Shown: positions 52,779-62,448, counted from the stretch's first letter. The stretch is DNA of 64,000 nt from an uncultured candidate division Zixibacteria bacterium (GCA_963817915.1 CAWFQL010000009.1:96001-160000); one strand, 5' to 3'. Notes: generated by a model not told the origin, from the letters alone. Numbers and translations are program-made.

Positions 52779-54282
52779 CTATGCCGTCCCGCCGACAGTC
52801 ATTCCTTTGGCAATTCTCACGGTTGGCAACCCGGCCGTTACAGGTACCCATTGTCCTTTGCCGCACGTGCCGGCTCCCAAATCAAGGTCATTGCCGACAG
52901 CATCGATATTCATCAGGACATCGATGCCTTTGCCAATCAGGGTTGCTCCTCTAACCGGGGCCGTAATTTTGCCATTTTCGATCAGATGCGCTTCTCTGAC
53001 TATGAAATTGAATTGTCCCGATACCGTATCCACCGATCCGCCTGATAAGGCATCGATATAAATCCCGGATTTTGTCTGAGCGACAATATCCTTCGGGTCG
53101 CTTTGACCGTTATCGAGGAATGTGTTTGTCATTCTCGGAATAGGGAAGAAGCGGTAAGATTCCCGACGTCCATTGCCTGTGGGCTCCATCCCAAGCTTTT
53201 TGGCGGATATCAAATCCTGCATAAATCCGGTGACAATACCTTTTTCGATTAAGACGTTTCGCTTGCCGGGTGTGCCCTCATCGTCGAAACTGGTTGTGCC
53301 TCTGGCATTCGGCCACGATGAATCATCAATCATCGTCACCAAATCGGACCCAACCTTTTTTCCTAATTTATCCGAATAAATCGATAAACCCTTGTAGACC
53401 GCGTCGCCTTCCAAACCATGGCCGACCGCCTCATGAATAAGCACACCGCCCCATCCGCATTTAATTACGACAGGCATCATCCCGGATGGCGCGGGTTTGG
53501 CATCCATCATTACTACGGCCTCTTCGGCGGCTTCCTTGGCGGCTTTGACTACATCATTGTGATCGAAAAATTCAAAGCCCTGATGCGCCGAAAGACGGCT
53601 TCTACCCATATGACGAACACCGTTCTTCTCGCCGAGTACTTCGATTACGATCCATATCAACGGGACGTCATTTTCGATTCGAAGACCGTTGGAGTTGGCG
53701 ATTATCCGTTTCTGAGATTGATCATAATATGTCAGTTCCACCTGCTTTACGATATCGCTGTGACTCCGGGCCGCTTCTTCGGCAGTTTTCATCAATTGCA
53801 TCTTCTGAGTCGCCGGAATACTACTAATCGGAATTTCTACCTTGGTGAATTCCGGAGCTTTCGATGTTATTGGAGCCGCATATATTTTTCAAATTCATAT
53901 TTGATGCTATAAATGCGGAGGCATCGGCGGCTTCCAATGCTTTTGCAAAATCATAACCATTTACATAGGCATAACCATTTTTATCGTCATCGACAGTTCT
54001 TATCCCGACGCCCTGCGATATCCCGATTGTAGCTTCGGAGAAATTTTTCTCGGTAATTCTGAACGATAATGACCCGATTTCCTCGATAAACACTTCAGAA
54101 AAATCTCCCCCGCGCTTCAAGGCTCTTTTCAACATCTCGGCTATTTGAGATTCATCGAATCCTGTTTTTATCATCGGGGCACAGCTCAGGCCCTCGATGG
54201 CCGCCAACAAGCTTGGCGCCAGAACAGCCCCAGCCGAATACACAACAGATTTAGTCAGGAACTGCCGTCGATCTATTTTCAT
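52779..54282 (-). CDS. tldD: TldD metalloprotease with Tat signal peptide, frameshift near 53885
   Basis: GGDFSEVFIE, GVGIR, HEAVGHGLEGD, TGNGRRESY, PRMTNT and CGK motifs; N-terminal DRRQFL. Confidence 0.9.
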
Positions 54283-54517
54283 AATACCTCCATAGGTTTC
54301 TCAAGTTGATAAAACCACAGACTGCCAATTTTGTCAATTTCTAAATTTCTAAGCCTTTATTATATCGGATTCTAAGACGATTACGATTTGTAAGCCCAAG
54401 ATTACATAATTAGCAATGATTTGCATTATCTGTAAAACATACCAATCTATCAATTTAAGTAATTTATGCATCTGCTTGTGTTATGGATAGTTACGGCGCG
54501 GCTGTTTTGGGGGAGCT

Positions 54518-54534
54518 TTGGCATGTAAATTGCT
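54518..54534 (+). promoter_or_regulatory. Sigma54 (RpoN) -24/-12 promoter
   Basis: TTGGCATGTAAATTGCT with exact GG-N10-GC spacing, about 45 bp upstream of the PEP-CTERM gene. Confidence 0.8.
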
Positions 54535-54578
54535 TTATTTGATGACGTTGGCGAGGGAATAAAATGATAAGGAGTAAA

Positions 54579-55280
54579 ATGAGAAGATTATTTATCAGTG
54601 CCGGAATAGCATTAGCAATGATGGCTTCAAGCGCAATGGCGATTCCGGATTTACAAATCTTTGTAGCCGGAGCTACCTACGATAATCTTACAGGTTCCTG
54701 GATTACCAAATCCGACGGGTTTGATCTATATGTGGTTTCTGCCAAACAAATCCATGACAATGTCCAAATTCTAATGTCATTGGAAGGTAATAGCGCTCCC
54801 GATAATCTTAATATCGATTTCAATGGTACAACTATCGATTCGGACGACTGGTCATATGGTGTCGATCCTTTATACCACGGGCAATCTGATATAGATGAAG
54901 TTCGTGGCAGTATCACTCACCAGGACGGTCCTCCGGCATATTTCACCGAGATTAACACCGGCAATTACCGATTTGATCATATGGTCGGCGAGACAAGGCC
55001 GGATAATTTTGGACATTACTGGAATCCATCGAATGATGACGGATCGGCGTTCGCGTACGGCGATTTCAAGTCATTCCATATTAATACTCGCGGCTCAAAT
55101 TACCGCATAAAATTCGACGCCTTCGCGCGCGACTCCGAAAATCGGATTTACTGTTCGACACCGGATTCCTATGATGCCATAGCTTGTACCCCAACTCCTG
55201 AACCCGGTACGATCGCGCTTTTTGCATCCGGATTAATCGGATTAGGTCTTGGCGGTATTAAGAGAAGATTCAAAAAATAA
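54579..55280 (+). CDS. PEP-CTERM sorting-domain surface protein
   Basis: Signal peptide (AMA-IP); C-terminal TPEPGTIALFASGLIGLGLGGIKRRFKK; AAGGAG RBS. Confidence 0.9.
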   Translation: MRRLFISAGIALAMMASSAMAIPDLQIFVAGATYDNLTGSWITKSDGFDLYVVSAKQIHDNVQILMSLEGNSAPDNLNIDFNGTTIDSDDWSYGVDPLYHGQSDIDEVRGSITHQDGPPAYFTEINTGNYRFDHMVGETRPDNFGHYWNPSNDDGSAFAYGDFKSFHINTRGSNYRIKFDAFARDSENRIYCSTPDSYDAIACTPTPEPGTIALFASGLIGLGLGGIKRRFKK

Positions 55281-55303
55281 TTGGCTAATTTATCCTTCCC
55301 CCC

Positions 55304-55337
55304 AGGCCGTTCATGTGAGCGGCCTTTTTTATTTTTA
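55304..55337 (+). terminator. Intrinsic terminator
   Basis: AGGCCGTTCA-TG-TGAGCGGCCT hairpin followed by T-runs. Confidence 0.85.
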
Positions 55338-55407
55338 TTGATGTCTCAGGGAATTAGCTTGTCATCAAGACCAATGATTATTATAATTGCGCCTGAAATA
55401 GTATGTA

Positions 55408-55496
55408 GGAGAGGTGGCCGAGAGGCCGAAGGCAGCTGCCTGCTAAGCAGTTAGTCTCTTAACCGGGACTCCTGGGTTCGAATCCCAGCCTCTCCG
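55408..55496 (+). tRNA. tRNA-Ser(GCT), long variable arm, CCA not encoded
   Basis: GGAGAGG/CCTCTCC acceptor stem, GCTGC-CTGCTAA-GCAGT anticodon arm, GGTTCGAATCC T-arm, G73. Confidence 0.95.
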
Positions 55497-55747
55497 GGAT
55501 ATTCCAATCTTGATGAAAATACTATAATGTCTTACCGCTAGCCTCATCCTGGCCCATCATTTATTTATATCTAATATTATTGTATTTCTCCTCAAACTCA
55601 TCCTAAAATATTAAAGTCTCAATTGCACTAACAAGTCGTTTGGCAATTTTATCTATTATTCAAATGTAGATAAAAAGTGAAACAATTTTGTGAATTTAAT
55701 GTAATTGATGGAGGAGAGTAATGAAAGATTGTGGCGTTGCCCGATCC

Positions 55748-55775
55748 GTCGTCAGGAACGGCGCCCCGTCGACAC
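55748..55775 (-). repeat. REP-like element
   Basis: Reverse complement GTGTCGACGGGGCGCCGTTCCTGACGAC aligns with copies at 23779 and 56521. Confidence 0.55.
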
Positions 55776-55810
55776 TGAAATAACGAAAGAAGAAAGCGAG
55801 GAAATAGAAA

Positions 55811-56458
55811 GTGATAAAGTTTGGAGAAACAGTAGAAGGTTATAAGATTCCTGTTCTGAATGAACGTGAAATAAGAGCAGCGGCCGGGATATTATTTTTA
55901 TTTATGTTCATATCCCTGATGATGATATTATTCAAATCAAATTTCCTGATGATAAAGTATGTTATTAACATATTTCTCGCTGATTTCATAATTCGAGTCT
56001 TTGTTAATCCGAAATATTCTCCCACGCTTATATTAGGACGTTGGATTGTCCGTAGGCAAACCCCCGAATATGTCGGCGCAGCGCAGAAACGATTTGCATG
56101 GATTATAGGCATAACTCTGGCCACGATCATGTTTGTTCTCATGGTGGTTGTAAATTCGTATAGTATTATCACGGGCCTTGTATGCCTGGTCTGCTTGATA
56201 TTCCTGTTTTTCGAATCGGCGTTTGGTATTTGTTTGGGATGCTTAATGTATGGATGGTTTCACAGAGAAAAGACGCAATATTGCCCCGGTGAAATATGCG
56301 ATGTCAAATCCAGACATGAAATCCAGAAAATATCGTTAGCGCAAATTGGTGTAATTATCGGATTCACTGCATTTATTTTATTCCTTGTATTTTCATTTAA
56401 CGACAATTTCAGTATAAAACCAACTGATTTATGGGTCCTGCTAAAGTCTGCAAGCTGA
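55811..56458 (+). CDS. DUF4395-like membrane protein
   Basis: NEREIRAAAG, QKRFAW and FESAFGICLGC motifs. Confidence 0.75.
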   Translation: MIKFGETVEGYKIPVLNEREIRAAAGILFLFMFISLMMILFKSNFLMIKYVINIFLADFIIRVFVNPKYSPTLILGRWIVRRQTPEYVGAAQKRFAWIIGITLATIMFVLMVVVNSYSIITGLVCLVCLIFLFFESAFGICLGCLMYGWFHREKTQYCPGEICDVKSRHEIQKISLAQIGVIIGFTAFILFLVFSFNDNFSIKPTDLWVLLKSAS

Positions 56459-56580
56459 GTGAAATATTAAAGATATACACCGTGGTGGCAGGTCTCCGCA
56501 CCTGCCACGCTGCCCGAACTATCGTCGGGTACGGAGACCGGACGACACCGGAAAAGTCCGCCAGTTGAGTGAAATATAAA
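56443..56580. repeat. Inverted REP-like doublet (56482-56509 and 56521-56548) flanked by an imperfect 25-bp direct repeat (56443-56467 and 56553-56577)
   Basis: GTGGTGGCAGGTCTCCGCACCTGCCACG and rc GTGTCGTCCGGTCTCCGTACCCGACGAT; flanks AAAGTC(T/C)GC(A/C)AG(C/T)TGAGTGAAATAT, 22/25 identical. Confidence 0.8.
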
Positions 56581-56600
56581 ATAAATATGAGGGGAGAAAA

Positions 56601-57308
56601 TTGATTTCGGACAGAAAAGCCGCGACAATAGCAGGATTGCTTTATATTTTTGCGACGGTTGCAGGCATAATAAGTGTTGTTTTTGGGCCTAATCTAGATG
56701 CTCCAGATTATCTGGCCAATCTTTCAACGAATGAAAACCAAGTGTTGATAAGAGCGCTGCTTGAGTTTACAATGGCTATCCTAATTGCTGGCATACCAGT
56801 TTTTATGTATCCAATCTTAAAAAAGTATAATGAAGCCTTAGCCATTGGGTACGTTATTTCCAGGACTATTGAGGTCGTAATCTTTACTGTTGGTGCAATC
56901 AGCCTACTAACACTATTGACATTAAGTCGGGAATTTGTAATAGCAGGAACTCCGGATGCTTCCTATTTTCAAACATTAGGCACTTTATTGCTGGCAGGAC
57001 GTGAATGGGGGGGAGGTGTGTTTTCAACTATCGTTTTTAGCCTAAGTGCTCTGATATTAAATTATCAATTATATCGATCAAAACTCATTCCTCGACGGTT
57101 ATCAGGGTGGGGTCTTATTGGAGCCACATTGTATTTAGGATCAGGCTTTTTACCTCTGTTCGGCCATGATTCACGCTCGACGATCTATCTCCTTATGGAA
57201 GCTCCATTGGCATTGCAAGAAATGGTTTTTGCGGTATGGCTGATCATTAAAGGATTTAATCAAACTGCAATCGCTTACTGGTCTGCCAAAACAAATAGTA
57301 GAGAGTAA
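56601..57308 (+). CDS. DUF4386-like membrane protein
   Basis: RKAATIAGLLY, LYRSKLIPR.L..WG and EMVFAVWLIIKG motifs. Confidence 0.8.
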   Translation: MISDRKAATIAGLLYIFATVAGIISVVFGPNLDAPDYLANLSTNENQVLIRALLEFTMAILIAGIPVFMYPILKKYNEALAIGYVISRTIEVVIFTVGAISLLTLLTLSREFVIAGTPDASYFQTLGTLLLAGREWGGGVFSTIVFSLSALILNYQLYRSKLIPRRLSGWGLIGATLYLGSGFLPLFGHDSRSTIYLLMEAPLALQEMVFAVWLIIKGFNQTAIAYWSAKTNSRE

Positions 57309-57312
57309 TACA

Positions 57313-58032
57313 ATGAATTCAAATAGCAAGACCGTTGATATGTCACTAAACAGAGCCGCAAGAGTCGCAGGCTTCATGTTCCTATTTAGTTTGATAGTCC
57401 CATTGCTTAATTGGATTTTTGTATCGTCCAAATTTATCGCCGCAGAAAATGCCATGGATACAGCCAAATACATTTTGGCTAATGAATTTCTATATCGTGT
57501 CGGCATTATCAATGATCTCATTGCGTCTTTTGTTGGAATAGTATTGGCGTTATCACTTTACATCATTTTAAAATCGGTAAACAAGAATCTTGCGTTGCTT
57601 GGGCTTTATTTGAAGTTAACTGAGGCCATCTTAATCGCAGTAATCGCGCTTGGCAATTTTGTCGCTCTGTTGCTTTTAAGCGGCCATGCCTCTTTAACTG
57701 CATCTGAATCCGGACAGATACAAGCTTTTGTTGGATTATTTTTCAACGCACGAATTTATTTATCGGCTGTTCCCATGGTATTTCTTGGGCTGAACTTTGT
57801 AGTATTTTTATATGTTTTGTTCAAGTCGAAATACGTTCCCTGGATATTACCGGGTTTTGGAATTCTTTCATATGCGCTCATTTTGATTTATGCCTTATTA
57901 ACAATTCTTTCACCACATTATTCTTCGATAATGATAATTCAAGTAATTTGTTGGGCTCCGAGCTGTCTTTTTGAATTGATAATAGGTATCTGGTTTTTAG
58001 CTAAAGGTCTAAATATCCGGCTGGGTAATTAG
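57313..58032 (+). CDS. DUF4386-like membrane protein (divergent paralog)
   Basis: AARVAG, LKSVNKNLALL, FKSKYVP and ELIIGIWFLAKG motifs. Confidence 0.8.
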   Translation: MNSNSKTVDMSLNRAARVAGFMFLFSLIVPLLNWIFVSSKFIAAENAMDTAKYILANEFLYRVGIINDLIASFVGIVLALSLYIILKSVNKNLALLGLYLKLTEAILIAVIALGNFVALLLLSGHASLTASESGQIQAFVGLFFNARIYLSAVPMVFLGLNFVVFLYVLFKSKYVPWILPGFGILSYALILIYALLTILSPHYSSIMIIQVICWAPSCLFELIIGIWFLAKGLNIRLGN

Positions 58033-58276
58033 CTTAGTCCTAAATGCACTGAGTCTGTAATGCATTTGAATCGTAACACAGTTTTCGAGCCTGACGCAGT
58101 CGAATCGTGGGGGGCAACTAATACAAATACTTTTGAATACGTAATTTACCTAAATCCGTTTTACCGTCTATTTCGATTATTAATATTGCGTTTAGCCCGA
58201 CGCTTGTCATAAAATAATTAATCTCGGTGAATGAATGCGCCGATCGATAATCTTATTAATTAAAAGGAGTAAATAA

Positions 58277-58496
58277 ATGGCAGAAATGAGTATTGGAATC
58301 TCAAGATAATTGCGGGAGGCACGGAATGAAAAGTAACGGCGTTTGCGGCGGATTTTATGGCTTGGTGTTCATAGGCACGGCGGCCTTCAACATTATTCAT
58401 GCAACTTCATTTTGGATAGGAGTTCTGGGTTTCCTGAAAGCCACTGTATGGCCGATATTTCTAATCTATAAAGTCATGGAGCTCCTGAATATGTAA
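58277..58496 (+). CDS. Small membrane protein; AAGGAG-ATG start at 58277 is out of frame by one base (possible indel near 58290)
   Basis: Two TM segments, GGFYGLVFIG..ATSFWIGVLGFLKATVWP. Confidence 0.6.
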
Positions 58497-58520
58497 AAGG
58501 TGATGCTATTGCATCATCTT
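58497..58520 (+). terminator. Hairpin directly after the small membrane gene
   Basis: AAGGTGATGC-TATT-GCATCATCTT stem; weak T-tail. Confidence 0.4.
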
Positions 58521-58627
58521 GAACTTTATATTTGCGCAAATCCGGAGAGGTTCAAATAGGGCTTTGCGGGGAAAGAGGTATTAAAAGACCTTTACTTATG
58601 ATTATTTATATTCGATAATCTAATTGT

Positions 58628-59194
58628 ATGAAAAAATCTACGGCCAGAGAACGGGAACCGATAAAATATGTCGCCTTTTTGCGCGGCATCAATGTCGGCG
58701 GACATAAGTCCATTAAAATGGATCAGCTTCAGAAATCATTCGAAGCGCTTGGATTCCAAAATGTCAAAACAGTATTAGCCAGCGGCAATGTGCTTTTTGA
58801 GGCTCAATCCGCCAAACCTCGTCTTTTGACAAAATCAATCGAAAAGGAGTTGGCCAGCGTCTTCGGTTTCGAAATCGGTATTATTCTCAGGACAATTCAG
58901 GATATACAAGGCTTGGCAGATAATAATCCATTCAAGAATTTTGCCATCAAGCCTGAGACATTATTATATGTCACGTTTCTTTCCGAGAAGCCGACCGGCA
59001 TTTTATCGCTTCCATATGAATCCCCGGACAAGACCATCAGGATCTTCGAGAGTTCCTCAAATGAAATATTCAGTTTTCTGCATAAATCGCAGAAATCAGG
59101 ATCTACCGAACTAATGAAAATACTCGAAAAGGAATTCGGTCGAAATATCACTACCAGAAATTGGAACACGGTAGAAAAAATTTTGGAGAAATAG
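58628..59194 (+). CDS. DUF1697 family protein
   Basis: YVAFLRGINVGG, VKTVLASGNV and TTRNWNTV motifs. Confidence 0.88.
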   Translation: MKKSTAREREPIKYVAFLRGINVGGHKSIKMDQLQKSFEALGFQNVKTVLASGNVLFEAQSAKPRLLTKSIEKELASVFGFEIGIILRTIQDIQGLADNNPFKNFAIKPETLLYVTFLSEKPTGILSLPYESPDKTIRIFESSSNEIFSFLHKSQKSGSTELMKILEKEFGRNITTRNWNTVEKILEK

Positions 59195-59204
59195 TGGCAG
59201 TTTC

Positions 59205-59865
59205 ATGAAAGCCCTTATAGTCCTGCCCGCGTATAATTCATCAAAACATCTCGCATCGATAATTTCCGAATGCAGGCAGAATTTGGCCGATATCCTTGTA
59301 GTCGATGACGGCTCTACCGATGATACCGCGACGATTGCCAGCTTCGAACGGCGCGCTGGTAATCAGTCATAATTCCAATAAGGGTAAAGGGGCCGCCCTC
59401 AGGACAGGACTGGAATATGCATTGCAAAAAGAATTTGAATACGTGATCACGATCGATACCGATGGACAGCATAATCCCAAATTCATACCCGATTTTATTG
59501 CCGCATTTCAAAATTCCGGAGCCGATCTGATAATCGGTTCCAGGCGAAAAAACAAAATGGATATGCCATGGGATCGCCGCTGTTCCAATTGGATGACATC
59601 GGGAATATTATCACTTTTGCTCAGAAGAAAGATCGATGATTCCCAATGCGGATATCGTCTGTTATCCCGAAAGCTATTGGAATCAATAAAAATCGAATCG
59701 GAGAGATTTGAAGTCGAAACCGAAATTATTATAAAGGCAGACCAAAATGGATTCGATATAAAATTTATTCCGATTGAGGTAAATTACGGAGTGAAATTCC
59801 CCACCAATATTAAACGGATTGAAGACACTTTCCGCTGGTGCCGACGAGTCCTGGAACTGATTTAA
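59205..59865 (+). CDS. GT2 glycosyltransferase (DPM-synthase-like), frameshift near 59345
   Basis: ATG 59205 gives LPAYN..VVDDGSTDDT; second frame gives NKGKGAAL, IDTDGQH, DSQCGYR. Confidence 0.85.
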
Positions 59866-59912
59866 AATTTAAACTTGCTTCCAATAGCGATATAATTATA
59901 AGATAGAACTAT

Positions 59913-60671
59913 ATGAATATTCTCCTCACTAATGACGATGGCTACCTGGCCGATGGCATAAAGGCGCTCGCCAAGAGCCTAAAAAAGCTCGGGAGAGTCA
60001 TAATTGTCGCCCCGCAATGGGAGCAATCCGGGACAAGTCATTCCCTGACACTTTATAAGCCATTGCGGACAAGAAAAATCGCCAAGGATATTTACGCTGT
60101 CTCCGGCACTCCGACCGATGCTGTAATGATTGCCGTTTACTGTATTTTGGGAAAGAAGCCCGACATCCTTGTTTCGGGCATAAACCATGGCCCGAATATG
60201 GGAGACGATGTCACCTACTCCGGAACTGTAGCCGCCGCCATGGAAGGGACAATACTCGATATTCCCTCGATAGCGGTTTCGCTGGCTTCCCGCAATGGCA
60301 ATGGTTCGACTGCAAAAAAGAGATTTGATAAAGCGGCGTTATTCACATCGAGATTAGTGAAATCAGCGATGCTAAATACAATTCCGAAGGGAGTCTTGCT
60401 CAATGTTAATATTCCAGAGGGGGATAAAGTAAATTATCGTGAATGCCGCATAACTCGTTTAGGCAAAAGGGAATACCGTGATGTAATTACCGAGAAAATC
60501 GATCCGAGAGGGGAACCTTATTTTTGGATTGCGGGACATTATATTATTACGGATAAGGGCCCCGATACCGATTACGGTGCAATACAAAAGAACAAAATCT
60601 CGGTTACGCCTTTGAACATAGATTTAACTGATCGCAACTTTTTTGATAACCTAAAAAAATGGAAAATATAA
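59913..60671 (+). CDS. surE: 5'/3'-nucleotidase SurE
   Basis: ILLTNDDG, GTPTD and SGINHGPN..YSGTVAAA motifs. Confidence 0.96.
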   Translation: MNILLTNDDGYLADGIKALAKSLKKLGRVIIVAPQWEQSGTSHSLTLYKPLRTRKIAKDIYAVSGTPTDAVMIAVYCILGKKPDILVSGINHGPNMGDDVTYSGTVAAAMEGTILDIPSIAVSLASRNGNGSTAKKRFDKAALFTSRLVKSAMLNTIPKGVLLNVNIPEGDKVNYRECRITRLGKREYRDVITEKIDPRGEPYFWIAGHYIITDKGPDTDYGAIQKNKISVTPLNIDLTDRNFFDNLKKWKI

Positions 60672-60769
60672 TTTAAAAATCATCTTAAAATATGTCCACT
60701 ATTAGCCAAAAAAAAGAAACATTCATTGGCTAACCTTCGTAATTACAATAAGATGATGGAGGTATCCAA

Positions 60770-62221
60770 ATGTATCGAAAAGTAATTCTAATCGTTTTTA
60801 TCGCCGTAGTAGCGGCATTCGCTATCAATGGCCTTATCGATAGAAAAACAGTAACCACTTCATCTGAAAAAGCATATCAAGCATATCTAAAAGGACAAGA
60901 TTTCGCGTCTCGTCTCTATCACAAAGAAGCAGTGCAGGAATACGAGAAGGCCGTAAAGATAGATACGAATTTCGCCATGGCTTGGGCCAGGGTTGCCGTC
61001 TATTATAAGGACGCGGACAAAAAAGAACTATATCAAAAAGCCCGAAGCCGGGCTTTATCGCTAATTCCGAACGTCAAGGATAGCGAAAAATTAATGATCA
61101 ATTTTTTAATATCTCGATCGGATGGCAATTTCAACGATGCCAATAAATATTCAGCGGAGCTGGTAGAAAAATATGGCAATAGCTTTAATGCTCTTGAAAT
61201 TGCGGCTGGTCAGGCTTTAGAACGACGCGAATATGATAAATGTATCGGTGTAGTGGATAAAATGCTCAAAATTAATCCCGATTACGCGCTGGGATATAAC
61301 TGGCTGGGTTATTCATACTACTACAAAGGCGAATATGATAAGTCTTTGGAAAATTTAGATAAATATTCCCAATTAGCGCCTGATCAGGCCAACCCGCGCG
61401 ACTCGTACGGCGAAATACTACTCAATTTAGGCCGTTACGATGAAGCCTTAACGCAATTTCGCAAGGCAGATAGTATCAAGGCGGGGCTTGATTTTGTCAT
61501 GATGCACCTCGCTCAAACATACTACGCCAAAGGAATGTACCGCGATGCTTTAGGGGCGTATATGAAGGCCAAAGAATATACTATGAATTCTATGACGAGA
61601 TATGGTATGGATATCAGTATAGCTTTTTGCTATAAGAAACTTGGTCAAATGAATAAAACCATAGATCTGATGAATGAAGTTATTTCTCGCGAGCCACAGT
61701 TCGCCGATGCGCATGCAGTATTAGGTTATTGTGCTGCGTTGACGGACAATATTGCAGAAGCGGAAAATCAGCTTCGAATTGCCAAGTCAATCGTGGATAC
61801 GATGAAAGCTGATAATCCAGAAGCGAAATCCAATAGGCTGACAGTTGTCAATTTTGTGCAGGGGGCAATCGATATGGCGAAGGGCGATTATAAAAGCTCA
61901 ATCGCGAATTATCAGACTTTCTTGAATTCGTCACAATATCCGGTAAAGCTCAATTATCTTGAGTTTATTTTTGAAGTCTATAGCCGGGCCAAGATGCCCG
62001 ACAGCATCATAAGCCTGACTGCAGAAGCATTTAAATATAATCCCAATTGCGCCGAATGCTACTTGGCGTTAGCTGACGCTTATTCGATGAAAGGGCAGAA
62101 GGTAGATCAGAAAAATGCACTTCAAAAAGCCCTTAATATATTGAAGGATGCTGACGATGGAGTCCCATATATTGAAAAGGCAAAGATGGAATTGGCTTTT
62201 TTGACCTCAAACAAATTATAA
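60770..62221 (+). CDS. Membrane-anchored or exported TPR-repeat protein
   Basis: N-terminal hydrophobic segment; multiple TPR-like repeats; GGAGG RBS. Confidence 0.85.
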   Translation: MYRKVILIVFIAVVAAFAINGLIDRKTVTTSSEKAYQAYLKGQDFASRLYHKEAVQEYEKAVKIDTNFAMAWARVAVYYKDADKKELYQKARSRALSLIPNVKDSEKLMINFLISRSDGNFNDANKYSAELVEKYGNSFNALEIAAGQALERREYDKCIGVVDKMLKINPDYALGYNWLGYSYYYKGEYDKSLENLDKYSQLAPDQANPRDSYGEILLNLGRYDEALTQFRKADSIKAGLDFVMMHLAQTYYAKGMYRDALGAYMKAKEYTMNSMTRYGMDISIAFCYKKLGQMNKTIDLMNEVISREPQFADAHAVLGYCAALTDNIAEAENQLRIAKSIVDTMKADNPEAKSNRLTVVNFVQGAIDMAKGDYKSSIANYQTFLNSSQYPVKLNYLEFIFEVYSRAKMPDSIISLTAEAFKYNPNCAECYLALADAYSMKGQKVDQKNALQKALNILKDADDGVPYIEKAKMELAFLTSNKL

Positions 62222-62448
62222 TTTTCTGGCCGTTTTTTATAAAATTTATATTGCTCGAATTAATTATTTACAATATAATCATCAAGTAATGTCATTCGTT
62301 GCTTAATGGCAGACGATTATGATAATGTTTCCACCGATGGCCAATTTAAATATTGATAGCTGACGCCAAGAAAATTGAAAACATTCTGCGACCGCCAAAA
62401 ATGCGTAATAGGAATTTCTATTCCAATAATAATCTAAATATTAATTAA

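Noticed and set aside
41514..55496. Prophage or integrative element between the two tRNAs
   Set aside because: No integrase, phage genes or duplicated tRNA 3' ends seen; content is mostly cellular
58071..58125. Degenerate attC-like sequence after the second DUF4386 gene
   Set aside because: TAAC is present but there is no matching GTT R' box or extended hairpin
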